The notes under the pieces: model-generated
Databases searched by the model: none
What the model saw: only the letters and a program-made list of their open reading frames with translations
Told to the model about the DNA's origin: nothing
Shown: positions 47,501-64,000 of the stretch, one piece after another
How the letters are laid out: the number at the start of each line of letters is the position of its first letter
Numbering within the stretch: the first letter of the stretch is position 1
Position numbers and translations under genes: made by a program
Source of the DNA: Auanema rhodensis
Lineage: Eukaryota > Animalia > Nematoda
Length of the DNA stretch: 64,000 nucleotides
NCBI GenBank assembly: GCA_964057225.1
Contig: OZ059895.1
Coordinates: 7,130,001-7,194,000, forward strand
Direction of reading: 5' to 3'

Positions 47501-48854
47501 TTGAGAACTTTTAGCTCGAATGATTATACTGATGAGCGACTTATTTTTTCTTTATTATAACATTTTTCTTCAGTCTTTGCATAAAACCAAAGTTTTCGTC
47601 AGCTCTTTAGCTATCCACGAAAAAGGAAACGATTTCCTGTTTATTGGGGAAACCAAAAGATATCATGCCAACAGGACTATTTGAAATTAAACTAAAAGAA
47701 TGATGATCCTTTTGGATAAATAGGTGTAATCTTTATATATAATATAAAGCTAAATGAGGAGAGCCAAATTAAGTTTGGAAGTTTGTATATTTTATCCGAT
47801 AAGCTGCTTTTCCAAGTTTTATGCTATGTATTTGATATTTATTCATTTCTTCTGTATCCTCGTGCAATTGCTCAATTCAGAATTGTCTCAAATGGTTATC
47901 TAAACATTGAAATACCGCTGGAATATTCAGTTTTGAATATTTATTGAAAGTGTTTGAAAATATTAGATGTTACGGGTTGGGATCTATATTTTTTATATGC
48001 ACGAAGCTTTATATTTTTAATGAAAAACTAAATATTATAAATACATTAGTGTTATAATTGTTTTCACATCCTGATAGTTGTTGCTTTTCCTGTTTTGCTA
48101 GGCGTATATTCCCTAAATATTGATAGAGAAATAAGCTTTTCAATGTTTATACTATTATCGCATAACAAGGGAAACTTAGACGTTTCCGGATTATGTCCAA
48201 TCTTTATTTTTTATTTTTTCTATTGCAATGAAATAAGTAGGGTCGTACATTTTTACATTTTTTTTTAGGGATCGGACCGGATGCTGTAGTGCTTCTTGTA
48301 AGTGCTGGAAAAAACCATGAGAAATGGGTGATACCCGGTGTGTTTTTCTAGTTTTCCAATATTTAACTATTTAATGTTTTTTAAGGCGGTGGTGTGGAAA
48401 CTAATGAAAATCATGAACAAGCTGCCATACGGGAACTAGAAGAGGAAGCTGGTGTTCGAGCAGATGCTATAGAAAAAGTGGGAGTATTCCAGGTATTCAC
48501 ATTCTCATTGTTTTTTCATCCAATATTCTCTATTCAGGATGATGATAAACATCATCGCACCACTGTTTTTCTAATGAGAGTACGCGAAGAATTGGAGCAT
48601 TGGATGGAGGTAAGTCTTGCTCATTTGGACATATTTTCTGAAATTATTCTAAAACTTTGGGCTTTGCCGTAATAAAGAAAAGTCTATGCTTGAATTATGA
48701 ATTACTAACTTCATTTTTTTTAATTCATAGAAATGTTAATATATGATTTTAGGGAGAATGTGGTCGACGACGAATATGGGTTCCAGTCATGGACGGTGTG
48801 GAACATCTGAAAACCTCACATCGAGACATTTTAAATGCTGTATTGTCACGGTAG
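44564..48854 (+). CDS. Nudix hydrolase, DIPP/NUDT3-4-like
   Basis: RDADGYRIRAAGVCIK|...VLLVS...WVIP|GGGVETNENHEQAAIRELEEEAGV (Nudix box)|...HRT.VF...W.E|GECGRRRIW. The 3.6-kb intron spans 44664-48268. Confidence 0.88.
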
Positions 48855-51442
48855 CAATTACAGAACAAGCCGGACATAATCTGGCACGCAAAATAATGTA
48901 ACCTCTACAATACATACAGCTATTTATCTTCATACCGGCTCTTCTCTTTTTCTTGTTTTACTGGTTATCATCTTTATTTTTCTTACAATGTCTTAAGAAT
49001 AACGATGGGCTGCAACCACAAAACTCTTTTCCTGTACTTGTTGGAGTTAACTACTTGAATTGTGCGGCATACGTCTACATAACTGATGTTCACCCTATAC
49101 TTATATGCCTCTATTCGAACTTCATATATTTATTTATATATATATATATGAATACGACAATGGTCTCACGAGATCAGAGATCATTTGAATATAATTATCT
49201 GGGTGATGTTCATGTGATGTCTGTTAAACTATTTGTTTTTTTATAATAATTGCTTGTCAATTTTTTTATTATGACTTGAATTCTAAGATATGATATTTGT
49301 CTAACCTATAACAGTGTTTTTTCTTTCTTCACCTTATCTTCATATCCCGTCCCGTGCGCCTTTCCTTTCTTAGACAAATAACTATTATTTTGATTTACGT
49401 ATTGTTGTATAATGTCTCAATTACTCTTAATAGCTTTTTTCTGAGCTCCTCTTCTTCGATTTCCAAATTTATCAACCTAACTTGTACGAGTGGAGCATAT
49501 TGACCACTACTTGCTCTGGTTGACAATATTGTCATCACCGAGTGTCCGTTACCACATCGGGTTAGAAAAGCTCAATGAATCAATTTTTTTGAATGTGTAC
49601 ATTAAACATCTATATCATATAACAACAACACACAACAAAGAAAAGACATAATCAAAAGCAGAAATATATTTCACAGCTCTTCCTAAAAAGCGAAAAAAGA
49701 GCACAAGCATGTTAGAAAGTTAAACAAAATTGAACGGAAGAATTTTGATCTACGTAGAAACGTATATACTATACACTATATGGTACAATAGAGCAGGATT
49801 TCAACATTGTCATAGATTATTGTGAGGAATGATCTTCAACTAGCATTATGAAGTATGAAATTTAGAGTTTGATTTGAAAGTCGAGTGGGTTTAAGAAGAA
49901 TAACTTTTAAGCATCTTATCATTAGTTTTAAAAACATAGAAATGCAGAAAATATTTAGGATTTTTAACCCTAAAGATTTTTTGAGGTTTCTGATTTGAAA
50001 ATTGATGTCAAATGTGAAAACAATTTAATGAACGTTATTTGCAATGTACTGCAATTTATTGGAAACAATTTATATATAAAGGTTAAGGTTTTAAGACAAG
50101 TAACTTAATACATTGATTAATAAATATCATAATATTAAACAAAAGCTCATTATAATGTTAAAAAATTAGAAAATAAAAAATTAAATATCTACGCGTCCGA
50201 ATAAAAAAATTCAAATCAAATGAACCGATAGAAGAAAAGTGAACCAATGCGAATTTGTAGTCGACCTTTAAATTTTAAGATTGAAATTCACCGATTCCAG
50301 TGTGGCCTCATGGAAAAAGTTCTGCTAAGTCTCGATTGCTCAATATTGTTTAAAAAAGTATAGTTGCATCATTCTAATAAATTCAACATCTTTCAACATA
50401 TGTACTATATATCTATTATAATTCCTTTATAAACTACAAAATCAGGAAAAGCCTCGGTCAATGTATTGCGTCTTTCGAGTGTGAGGCTAAAATCTTTGGT
50501 ATCTCTGGAACGTTTAGTTATTTTTATCATTTTTTGTAGTTTAAATCTTAAAATTAGGCCTTTTCCTCTTTGGCCTAATGCCAATTGCGCACTTACTTCA
50601 CGTTCCCACACCGGCCTGCGTCTCTGATCTACTCGCGCTTCTCTCGTCTCTGTCCCGCTCATTTTTTCTTCCACTTTTTTTCCTTTACTCTCGCAGTTGT
50701 CGACCCCGGCGGTCTATACTCAGTTCCATGTTAGTGACAGTTGACATGTTTCTTATAGTTAGTATAAGTTCTAGTATCCGTTTTCGATTGCATACTGTAT
50801 GTGTGGTTTTTTTCCCACGCTTCTACGTTATCAGGTTTTGCTTCCGGTTTCTTCTGTCGTTATCCAAAATTGAGTCAGCTCATAGTGTTGCGCTAAGGAT
50901 AACCTTTCCAATCTTCCGCTGTTTTTCCAAAATATTTTTTTCGTTTTGGGGCTGGATATTGTTCAGATAAAATGTTAACTTGTTCTAATTACTGATGTTC
51001 AAAATCTTTCTGTTGAAATAAACACCTGGAATTTATTTGAATATTTTTGGTTGTTTGTATTGTATATTGTCGTTCGATTGATAAGATGTAATGATGCTTC
51101 TAAATTTTCATCATAGCACACTCTGATAATGTCTTCATAAAATACTCTTTCAACGATAAGCCAGTTTTCTTGTCTTTTTCGATACTCAGTATGTACTAAA
51201 ATTTCTAATTTTTAATATTTGTTCTGAAATAAGACTTGTATTAGTGGAGTAGTAAATTTTAAAGTTTAGACCGTCGCGGTCAACGGGTTCTGCTGCGTAT
51301 CCGACGCTGGCAGTGTACAGACGTACGGGATTGGCGGAGGGACATGCTATGAGCATCTCGACTGAAAGTCTGGTTTGTGACTTATTAGTGCCTAAATAAA
51401 GTTAAGTTTCAGTACGAATAAAATTAAGATTTAATTCAAATT

Positions 51443-55145
<3,703 letters not shown>

Positions 55146-55641
55146 ATGACGAAACGACTAAGTACAGATAGCTAACGTAATCAGCGCGGCTTTGAGCCCC
55201 AAGCTTGCTTGTCTCGTACAGTATCACTAGGTGAACATTCAGTCGTGCTCTGAGCGCCACCCATACTTTCCTTTTTACTATATATTCTTTCTGCATACAC
55301 CGCCTTTCGTTTAAGTTACGTTTTAAAGATTCTCTACTTGCAACACTCCCGATTTGCGATTCGGTTTTCTTGTTGTGTTTTCTGAAGTTTATCTACGTTT
55401 TAGCCATTTTCATATTTTCCCGGTCACCTTACCAGTGATGTATTCTCGGTGATATCTTAGAGGCTAATTTTTTCTAGGCCTCCGTTTTATGTAAAATAGT
55501 GCTCTAGTTTGCTCTAATCATATATTTTTAGCTACTATGGTCTAGTTGAGCACTCCTGCCTTTTTTGTTTGTTGTTGTTCATTTGACCAGGGAACCTTGT
55601 CTGTTGTGCTTCCCCGCCTACATCACCTCATACATCTCAGT

Positions 55642-55694
55642 CTATGCAACCATTCGTACCTCAACCACTTCATTTTAAAATCCTTCTTACCTCA
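55642..55694 (+). promoter_or_regulatory. let-7 complementary sites in the lin-41 3' UTR
   Basis: CTATGCAACC-ATTCG-TACCTCA (55642-55663) pairs with both the seed and the 3' end of let-7 (UGAGGUAGUAGGUUGUAUAGUU). A second TACCTCA seed match lies at 55688-55694. Confidence 0.88.
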
Positions 55695-57107
55695 CCAGTG
55701 CGAGTTTTTTGTGACGCATCTGGCTTCTTGTGTGCTTTTGTTTCTGCCTTGACCTCTTTTCATAGGAGTTTAACCAATAGGAATTTAGATTTATTCTAAT
55801 ATGATATCCGGTTTTATTTCTGTAGGTGGTCTTCTTGTATCGATGTAGAGTAGCTAGTTGCACACAAGTGCTTGTCAAGTTTGTAATTATAGTGATCGCT
55901 CACAGAAGACTGCTGCGTACTTCTTTTCTCGGCTTTTGGCTTCATTTCGTCATCATAAGTTTCCCACAACTCTAATATCTCTCTACGAGCTTTAGCCCCG
56001 GGAACTAGAAAGTACGATCAGTTTGTTGAATTTCGACTATGAGCATTTGTTTTACCATTTGTACTTGTGGTGGCGCACCACTAGGCTAGGCCCCGCCAAT
56101 CTAAGAAGTCTAACTCTGGCCCTAATGCCCATAACTGTCTTGTATCTATCCACGTACATTACACCAAATGCAGAATTTTGGGTTATGGCTTGTCGTTGAG
56201 CTTGTGTCAAGCTAGCTGTTTTTTTCTTTAACTGCAGACGACAGCTCACGATCCGTCTACAGTAATTCGGCCCTTTTTCTATCTTCTGTCAATTTCGGTT
56301 TATAGTAGGTTTTACCGTCTAGATAGCACTTAATAATCATAATAAGTTTGTATGTGTCGTAGTATATCCCAGCACCAAGCCCATTGTTAAGAAGCATGCT
56401 TTTCATCCAAGTACAACCCAAGCCATCTCCATATCTCTCCCTCTCGTTGAGCTTGGTCTCGTTTTATTTATTGAAACGAGAGTTGGCTTCCCTGAGGATG
56501 ATTGGCAAGAACTCTTTGAGCAGTTCTTTGAATCCCAGAATCTGTTTCGTCGTTCTGTAGCCTGTTTGATCAGTTTTATTTTATCAGATAGAATTCACTG
56601 GCTACCGAATCGAGTTCGTTTTCAACGAACGTTAACTTTGTTCAGATTACTGTTAGTAGATGCGATTTTCGTATATAGTTCATGGTACCCTCTTTGAATA
56701 TTTTATTAGATTTACTATATACTATCTTCTGTTCTTATCGATTCTCCTACCATCCCTCATACATGATGATAAATTCTAATGTTTTAATAAGTTGGGAAAT
56801 TCTGGTGATAGACACTTTAGATTTTAATTTTTACTTTTTCATTTTTCATCGTACATGTTAATATATATATTTTTAATTTTCGCTTTTCATAATAAAGTTT
56901 TTTGTTTTTCTTTTGTGGTTTTCGAGAACAATATGGAAGTAAACCAAGAAAAGAAAATATTAGATCGCTATAGACGATTTTGCATAGGTAATACGCTAGA
57001 ATGCGAAATATTACAGTTTCATTTTTCTCTGTTATTTGAGAAAAAGCGGTTGTATCCGCGTGTATCTGCGGTCTTGCTCATTGCGTGAATTGAAGAAATT
57101 TCAAACA

Positions 57108-59226
57108 ATGGAATCTTCAATACCAAATCAGAAATTTGACTTAAAAAATATCTTAGCTTTTGGAACCTACATTTTGGAAAATGTGGAACCACCTGCTGTT
57201 GATGGGGATTTTCCAGTAAGTTGAAAACACAAATTTTTCTGTTGTGTTTCATCCAACTTATATTTTATTTCGTAAGGGCATAGGAACCTTCTCCAAAAGG
57301 GCTAATGTAGCTATAGCACCTATAAGTATTTTACGAGGATGGGCATTACTTGTATTAGCAGCTAGTGATAAAACAAAAACAACTTTAGAAAATGGACTAA
57401 AAAAAGGTCAGAATTTTGATAAAAACTAGCTTTTACCGAACTCAGTCGTAGTTTTGGGAACATCTGATGATGTCCATGATATTCTATATTCGATCGCTGA
57501 TCTGCATGGTGACGTTATTAGGTTATATGGTGATTTTCCTCGAGATTCTATTCCTGTGAAGCATATAATTCAAAAAATGACTCAGTACTATGGTGAAAAA
57601 GTTAGCATTCAGTATTCCGCAGTGTTTAAACTATAATTACAATAATCTACATTGATTTCAGCCAGGATTAAACCCACTTCGTCGTATGTGCTTTAGTTGT
57701 GATCATGACGGTTTAAGATCAATTTATGAAATTAATCATGATTTCGCTGTTAGCTATCTTAGATTTGCACGTTGTAATAACACCATTTCAGATTTCCACT
57801 AATAATAAGATACGGTACGTTATCCGAGAAGAAGATGCTCCATGCCGGTATTTGTACCTGAGTAAATTAGTTACTGAACCAATTTCTAGACGTGCAATAA
57901 CTGTCCTAGTATCAGCTGTGGACTATACATTTTATTGGAAACATCAGGGTAACCCCCTTGAGCCTAGACTACATTATTTTTATAACTGCTCTGAGAAAAA
58001 AACTAAGGGTAGAACTGTGGTATGTGCCCGGTTTCAAATCGTATATCGTTGTTACTAGGTACATGCTTGGACGATCCGTGACGAATTTCGTTGTATAGAG
58101 GTTGGCAATTTATCTGTCGTTCAATTGGAATCTTTTTCCCCCAAAAAAATTCTTTATCTAATAAAGTAAAAAATTTTTTGAGCATTTTATTTCGCGATTG
58201 ATGATAAGAAAAAGTTTAGATGCGGCACTCAGGCACCAACTGCAGATGAACTGAATCATATTATAAAAAACACTCCCAAAGAACCAAAAACAAACAAATC
58301 CGTACGTTTACTAAATTGTTAACAAAGAAGTTCTCAAATTCTGGCTCTTCCATGATGGACAGAGTAAATATATTTTTTAAAGATCATAACGATTCTCTCT
58401 AATTCTGAACTTTAGATATGTTTTCCTCGCTTCACCGTAGCTACTCCAATCCAATTACGTGAATGCTTCCGAAAAAAAGGTGGATATGGATTTAATCGAG
58501 TCTTTGATAGAGAAAAGGTTCTATTTTTCATTTTACATATAGTTTTTATTTTTTTTAGTCAGTTTTAACAGGCTTTTTAACACATTTTCATCCGTTTTAT
58601 CCCAATTTAACTACACTATGGGATTTTTATCATAAATCCTTAATAACCGTAGGTGTACTAATCAAATATTACAAATTTTCTTTATTTACAGATTGCTGAT
58701 GAACAAGAATGCGGATCAACTTCTACTCCTCCATGTAACTTCTGCTAATATGAAAACATAAAAATAACTAAACAGTTAATGCCTTTTTTAGTACGTCTTC
58801 AAGTTGGTTTCGAATCACGTTTACGATATGAGCTTTCACCTTGGAATTTCAACAATGGTATTTTCTGTTTATTTTCTAATTATCTTATTACCAAAGTTCT
58901 TTTACAGATTATGGAGCACAGTGTAAAAAGTATCATGAGGAACGCTTACCGGGATATATAGACAGTTCTTGTCCAGCTGAAGGTATCCGAAATTCATGCA
59001 GATGTTGTGTCATGGTTGTTGTTTAGAAATGGTAGCTAATATTGTGTTTGATCATCCGTTCTATTTTGCACTTGTTCAACATGACTCAATTTCTCCAGTT
59101 ATACTTTGCATGGGCTTTTTTGTAAGAAATATTACTTGTATTGGTTTTCTTAACTTCTTCATATGCTCCATTTTACAGAATAATATGGATGTAGTACCCG
59201 ATTCCTCTGATGTTGGAGTAGTATAA
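57108..59226 (+). CDS. Highly divergent serpin-fold protein, probably non-inhibitory
   Basis: Serpin landmarks in order: NVAIAPISI (shutter), LVSAVDYTFYW (s3A), CFPRFTV (PKF), FDHPFYFALVQH...ILCMGFF (s4B/s5B). No signal peptide. The central exons are less certain. Confidence 0.7.
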
Positions 59227-60248
59227 CAGATTCAAATTTATATATAGCTAAACTTTTTACTTTTACTCTCATTTGCATTAGTCAATTCGATTTTTTCTTC
59301 ATTATATTTGTTTTATCCAAAATGAACTCAAACTTGAACATTAATGAACGACGAATGTGCAATGGAATGATTACTGGCATTTGTACTTTATGCTGTCCTC
59401 AAAGGGCATTCTTTATATTACTAGTGAGAGTGAAATCTTTTTCTGCTTCGTCATACTGTTCTACATGTGCCCCTACTTTTTGTAGCTTTGATTTTTTTCT
59501 ATCTTTTACTCATAGGTAATCAAGTTTATAAAAAAATATTTTTGGAATGACTCCAGTGTTTATTGATATATTCAGACATTTTTTTTAAATGCTTTATTGG
59601 TTATAATATGTTCTTGATAATTTCGAATCCATTTAACAGCTTTTCAATTAGAACTATTTTCTATACTCGAAATTGAAAGTATTCCAATGGCGGGAGAGAA
59701 TGCGCCAACGTTTTGGCATGGCGCATAACGCGTTTATCTTCAGTCTGCCTTGTTAATCTCTTAAGGAACTCTTTATTTTTATTTTACACGTATTCACTAG
59801 AAATGTATATCATTATCTGTTAAAAGTGCATACTATTATTTGAGTTTGAATACGCATGCCTCTGGTTTTTGGACTTCCGCGAATAGTCCTACAAATCGTA
59901 GACCCTAAAAGCTGATGAACCCAGCATTTTGCGGTTTGAAAATTTTGAATTTGAGAAAAATAAACTCCATGATTTTCATAGTTTAAATAGTAATCTTGAT
60001 TTACGTTTCAACTTTTATGATGAATATGAGTTTCTCAATGCTATAGTTTTTCCATTTTTTTCTTTTGGATATATTTTGATGATTGCTAATATATTCAAAG
60101 ATTGTAACCAATTTAATAGTCAATAGTTTTTCTGTGAAAAAAAGTTCAATTTTAGTTTAATCTTGGCATTCACGTAGATTTGCACGTAACGTCACGTGAA
60201 CAGAATGTTGATGATTCATATCTTAATTCTGTAATGCGGTGAAGTCTT

Positions 60249-63170
60249 ATGAATATCACTAATATTCGACAACTTTTCTTATTTTTGACCGTATCATACG
60301 TAGTCACTATCTATTTAATTTGGAATAAGTAAGTAGGAAAAAACAGTAGCTTAAATATTTTATTGTATCGGTGCTGGTGCTTGCTTTTTTTTTGTTTTCT
60401 TTTCTGGAATTCGTTATGTCATTTTTATCTTTTCAGGGTCCTTAAATTTGCTAAAAGAAATAGTAGGACGAGTATTACTACAACAGCGCCTTCTACTTCA
60501 GGCGATTTACTTGCTAAAACTTTAACTGACGTTTTGTATTCTTCCATTTCTTCCAAATTCAGTTTTAGAAAGAATATATCATTTTCAAACATTTCAAAAA
60601 TGTTCAATGGTAAAACTTTGGATTTTTTCTTCATTGTTAATTTTAATTTTTTAGTAGGAAAGCATGACTTTTTAACAGTAGCTCGCCTGGCTTCCCTCGA
60701 AGACGACACTTTGTTGTGTATGTTTTTTTTGGTTTCAATTTGCCTTAAATAATTTTTTTCAGGTATGCAATCTACTCCGCCTGAATGGGTAACTGGACCT
60801 CGTGATTTATCTTCACTTCCAACTATTCTAGAAGCTACCACAGCTCTTGAAAAGAACATAGCGTATTTTTCTTATCTAAATATCAAGATCAAAGTTATTT
60901 ATTTTTAGAGAATATGCTTTTGCGGAAATGCTTAAAATTATTGAGCGTTGCGAACCTACAACAGAAGAACATTTTTCTGTGTTAGAATCAGCATATGGAA
61001 ATATATTTTTTTGGTTTGATAGCTTAGGTATGCGATTTTAGTGTTATCGGTACTATAAAATTTGAATCCAGATTCTGAAGATGCTCAACCTGGGTTGGTA
61101 CTGGACGCAGTGCCTTTCCTCATTGAAAATTCGGCTAAGTACGAACGATTGCATTACGCAGTGGAAAATCTGAAAGGATTTCTAAAACAGTGTCTACAAC
61201 GCGCAGATGCGGTACGTGTCTTTAACTTCCTAAAAATATTTTATTGGTGGATATAATTTTGCCACTTTTTGAAAATATTCATTCTAATACTATATGACAA
61301 TGTCTGGAGAGACATATTTGTTCTATATCTTATATCGAACTTATCCACCTGTTTTTATCAATCTTAATATTTTCTATCTACCGGATCTTTTTCTTGTCAT
61401 CCTGTATTAGTTCCTTCATAACCCAGCGACTTCATTACTGTTTTCTCTGAGCATACATTCATGTATATGATGTCACTTCATATGGTCATTATAAATAAAG
61501 CCCTCGTGCATTTGCGATAAGACCTCAAACCCTTTTGCTCTTCCAAAACTATTCACATTTAGTATACTTGTAATGTAGTGAGATGGCTCAGCTTATTGCC
61601 ATGACATTACATGGTTTTTGCCCACTATTTGTTTCAATTTATTAAGTTAGGATGGCAATTAGGATATCGGGAATGTAAATGTTACACTATATTAACTTTT
61701 CAAGACTAACGCATTCCTGAGCAGCATGAAGTGTTTCATTTGAAAAAAGTGACGCTATTTCTTATTTAACTGTAATCTTTATTCCCCATTATTTTTCTTC
61801 ACCAAGTCTCATTATGAAGACTTTTCTTTGAGCATTTCCTTTGTCGATATATTTTCTGGAATTGATATTAATCTAATTCTATTTTATTAATATTTCGCAC
61901 CCAATTTCCTTATATGTAGAAAACTCCAAAAAAAAAGCAGCAGGCTGACTCAGTCATAAAAGATAAAAACATATGCCGAATGTTTTCATGGGAATGGTTG
62001 AATTGAAAAAGCGATAAATACTTCTCTTTTCACTTTTTCTTCTGAATTGGATATTCCCCCTTTTCGGTTCTATATAGCAAATAATTTTTCTATAAGACTC
62101 ATGAATGAAAATTATGATGGACTTCGAAAACTTCTATATGAAAATCAGTCACATGCTCAGAGCGATAGGAATCGCTATAGTTTTTTCATTGTCCTAATTT
62201 TTGAACTGAATACTTTTCTGTGGATGTATCACCAGCTTTTTTCGTTTATCTCTTAGCCTGACTGTCAACCTCACCAGCTGCGTTTTTAATTGGTCTTCAT
62301 AACGTTTACAGCTGTGTTATAGAGACATTTAAACTGAATAGTATGAGCGTTTACTTTAGTTCATGTAATTCAAAAAAATTGTAGTTGGAACAAAAGAATG
62401 TTCTACTGCTTTTGGTCGCGTTCAATATGTTGTGTGTTAGTTTAAATGCCTTTCATATTAGAAATAAAAATGTTCGGAGCTTGCTGAACAAATAAGCATA
62501 AACTTCAAGCTTATATTTCTATTGTTCAAAAAAAGGATTTTAATTATAAACATCTGAAAAATTTAGTTATCTTTGTACTTTGGTGATTTTTTTTGAATTG
62601 CCAGGGTTGATTCCCCAACTGTTGGCTTAGGTGGCATAGAATAAATCTTTCGTCTTTCATAAGGATCCTTTGATTTTTGGAGCACGTGAAGTGAAAAAAT
62701 TTTTTTTCTCTCATAGGTCTTCCCAATTGTACAGAACGAATAAGTTTTGCATTGATCCTGTGATAAACATTAAAAAAGAAACAATAGCGATGAGCAAATT
62801 AGCTATTGGGTATTAATCACTTTTATAAACTTATGACTAATAATAATATTAAATAAAGTCATATGCGTTACGGATTTCTATTAGGATGCACACACATCAA
62901 TTGCTTTTAAATTGTGAATATCTCACTTTTTGTCTCTTTTGATTTATTGAAATGTTCTTGATGAATATTGAAATTTATTAATAGTGTTCGATGACATTAA
63001 AATGATTTCTTTAGAAGCATATGCATCTAAACAAGCTGTAGCATATCTCTGTGGTATTAGTAATTTCATTAGGCTTTTGAATTACGAAACTCTTACACGT
63101 AATATGCGTTAAGCTCAACATCAGGAAAATGCCTTCTATTTGGTGTCCCTAAAGAAAGCGATTGAACAAG
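60249..63170 (+). CDS. Unidentified protein with an N-terminal single TM segment; 3' end unresolved
   Basis: Phase-consistent exons: MNITNIRQLFLFLTVSYVVTIYLIWNK|VLKFAKR...|VGKHDF...|CMQSTPPEW...|EYAFAEML...|DSEDAQP...LQRADA (to ~61211). Further plausible exons near 63015-63170 could not be joined to them. Confidence 0.5.
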
Positions 63171-63745
63171 GTCGTATTTTTCTGATTCGAAAGCCAACTT
63201 TACAATGCCCTTGAACGTTGCTTTTAGTTATGTAATAGTTGAGTGAAAGGGAAGAGAGATAATGCTTTATAGTGAGAATTGTTTATCAGTTGAAACATAC
63301 TCACACATTTTTGCTTTATGAAAGTATTTGTAATGAAACCAATTCTTCCATATCTGAATCTATACTTTTCTTATGATGGAGCCTGTTTGAGTATTTTTTG
63401 ACGCGTGTCATTTGATTTCATCTCCTTATCGCTCTGCTGATAGTAATGGCATTCCTCAAATGATCTTATTGTAACAGGATTGCATGAATGTTTATTTCAT
63501 TGAAAGTTTTGATTAGGTAATATGAAGTTTATTTTCATTTGAGCAATGCTAATATTTCTCTAGAAAAAAAATATAAGAAAGGTTCTATTCAAACTATTGA
63601 TTGTTTTGTTTCTTGGATTTACTCTTCCTATTGTAGATTTTTTTATTAATTATGATTTCTAGTCCTTTAAGTCGTTCGGAAGGGTGGTGTTTATCATTGA
63701 ATAGTTTTTAACTTCGAACAGTATGATAATTGAATGGCTGTTTTT

Positions 63746-64000
63746 TTATAAATTGGTTTCTATTACTAAGAGTTCGAGAAAAAAAGAACCTTGCCATATA
63801 CTGCGGATTTGAAAACGTTTTAAGATCTCAAGGTCATGCGTTAAAAAAAAACGAAAGTTAGTATAATTCTCCTCATGTTTTGCGTACTTCTTACCCCGAT
63901 GTAAGGTCAGGATCTCCTTGGCGAGAGTTATTGTGGATGGGCGAGATTTTCTGCGTTGATGCCGAAAAAACGTTGGTAAAGTAGCGTCTGGTAACAGCAT
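63746..64000 (-). other. Possible exon(s) of a minus-strand gene entering from beyond the window end
   Basis: Relatively GC-rich open frame LLPDATLPTFFRHQRRKSRPSTITLAKEILTLHR followed by a GTAAGA donor near 63895. Identity unknown. Confidence 0.3.

Noticed and set aside
44664-48268. Possible nested gene or transposon in the 3.6-kb Nudix intron
   Set aside because: The ORFs are AT-rich noise; no transposase motifs, terminal repeats or consistent exon chain found by eye.
55584-55594. lin-4 site in the lin-41 3' UTR (CCAGGGA)
   Set aside because: Lacks the full TCAGGG seed match.
63960-64000. LLPDATLPTFF as the AVPTIF end of a THAP domain
   Set aside because: Only a loose match at the window edge; the zinc-binding part would lie outside the window.

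Overview
AT-rich, gene-dense eukaryotic DNA with many ~45-nt GT-AG introns and likely trans-splice acceptors just before ATGs. It reads as a compact rhabditid nematode genome; I cannot name the species. By hand-splicing exons I recover about 22 genes. Minus-strand cluster (1-8.5 kb): rsr-1/SRRM1, TMEM242, PIG-L, a REC114/DSB-1-like gene, pen-2, gras-1 and a LETMD1-like gene. Next come src-2, rpl-24.2/RLP24, a plus-strand cluster (sur-2/MED23, an SH2-SOCS gene, mtcu-1) and che-1. A second minus cluster holds gly-2, lem-3, TTC14 and cmt-1/p31comet. The rest are ARHGAP39, CDKAL1, a DIPP-type Nudix gene, lin-41 (with let-7 sites), a highly divergent serpin and an unidentified single-pass membrane protein. 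The most unusual signal is the TMEM242/PIG-L junction (CAG-TAA-TA-ATG): no intercistronic space, which points to a true dicistronic mRNA with stop-start coupling or a trans-splice site hidden inside the upstream CDS. Family calls come from recalled motif similarity, not database searches. CDS coordinates span start to stop and include introns.
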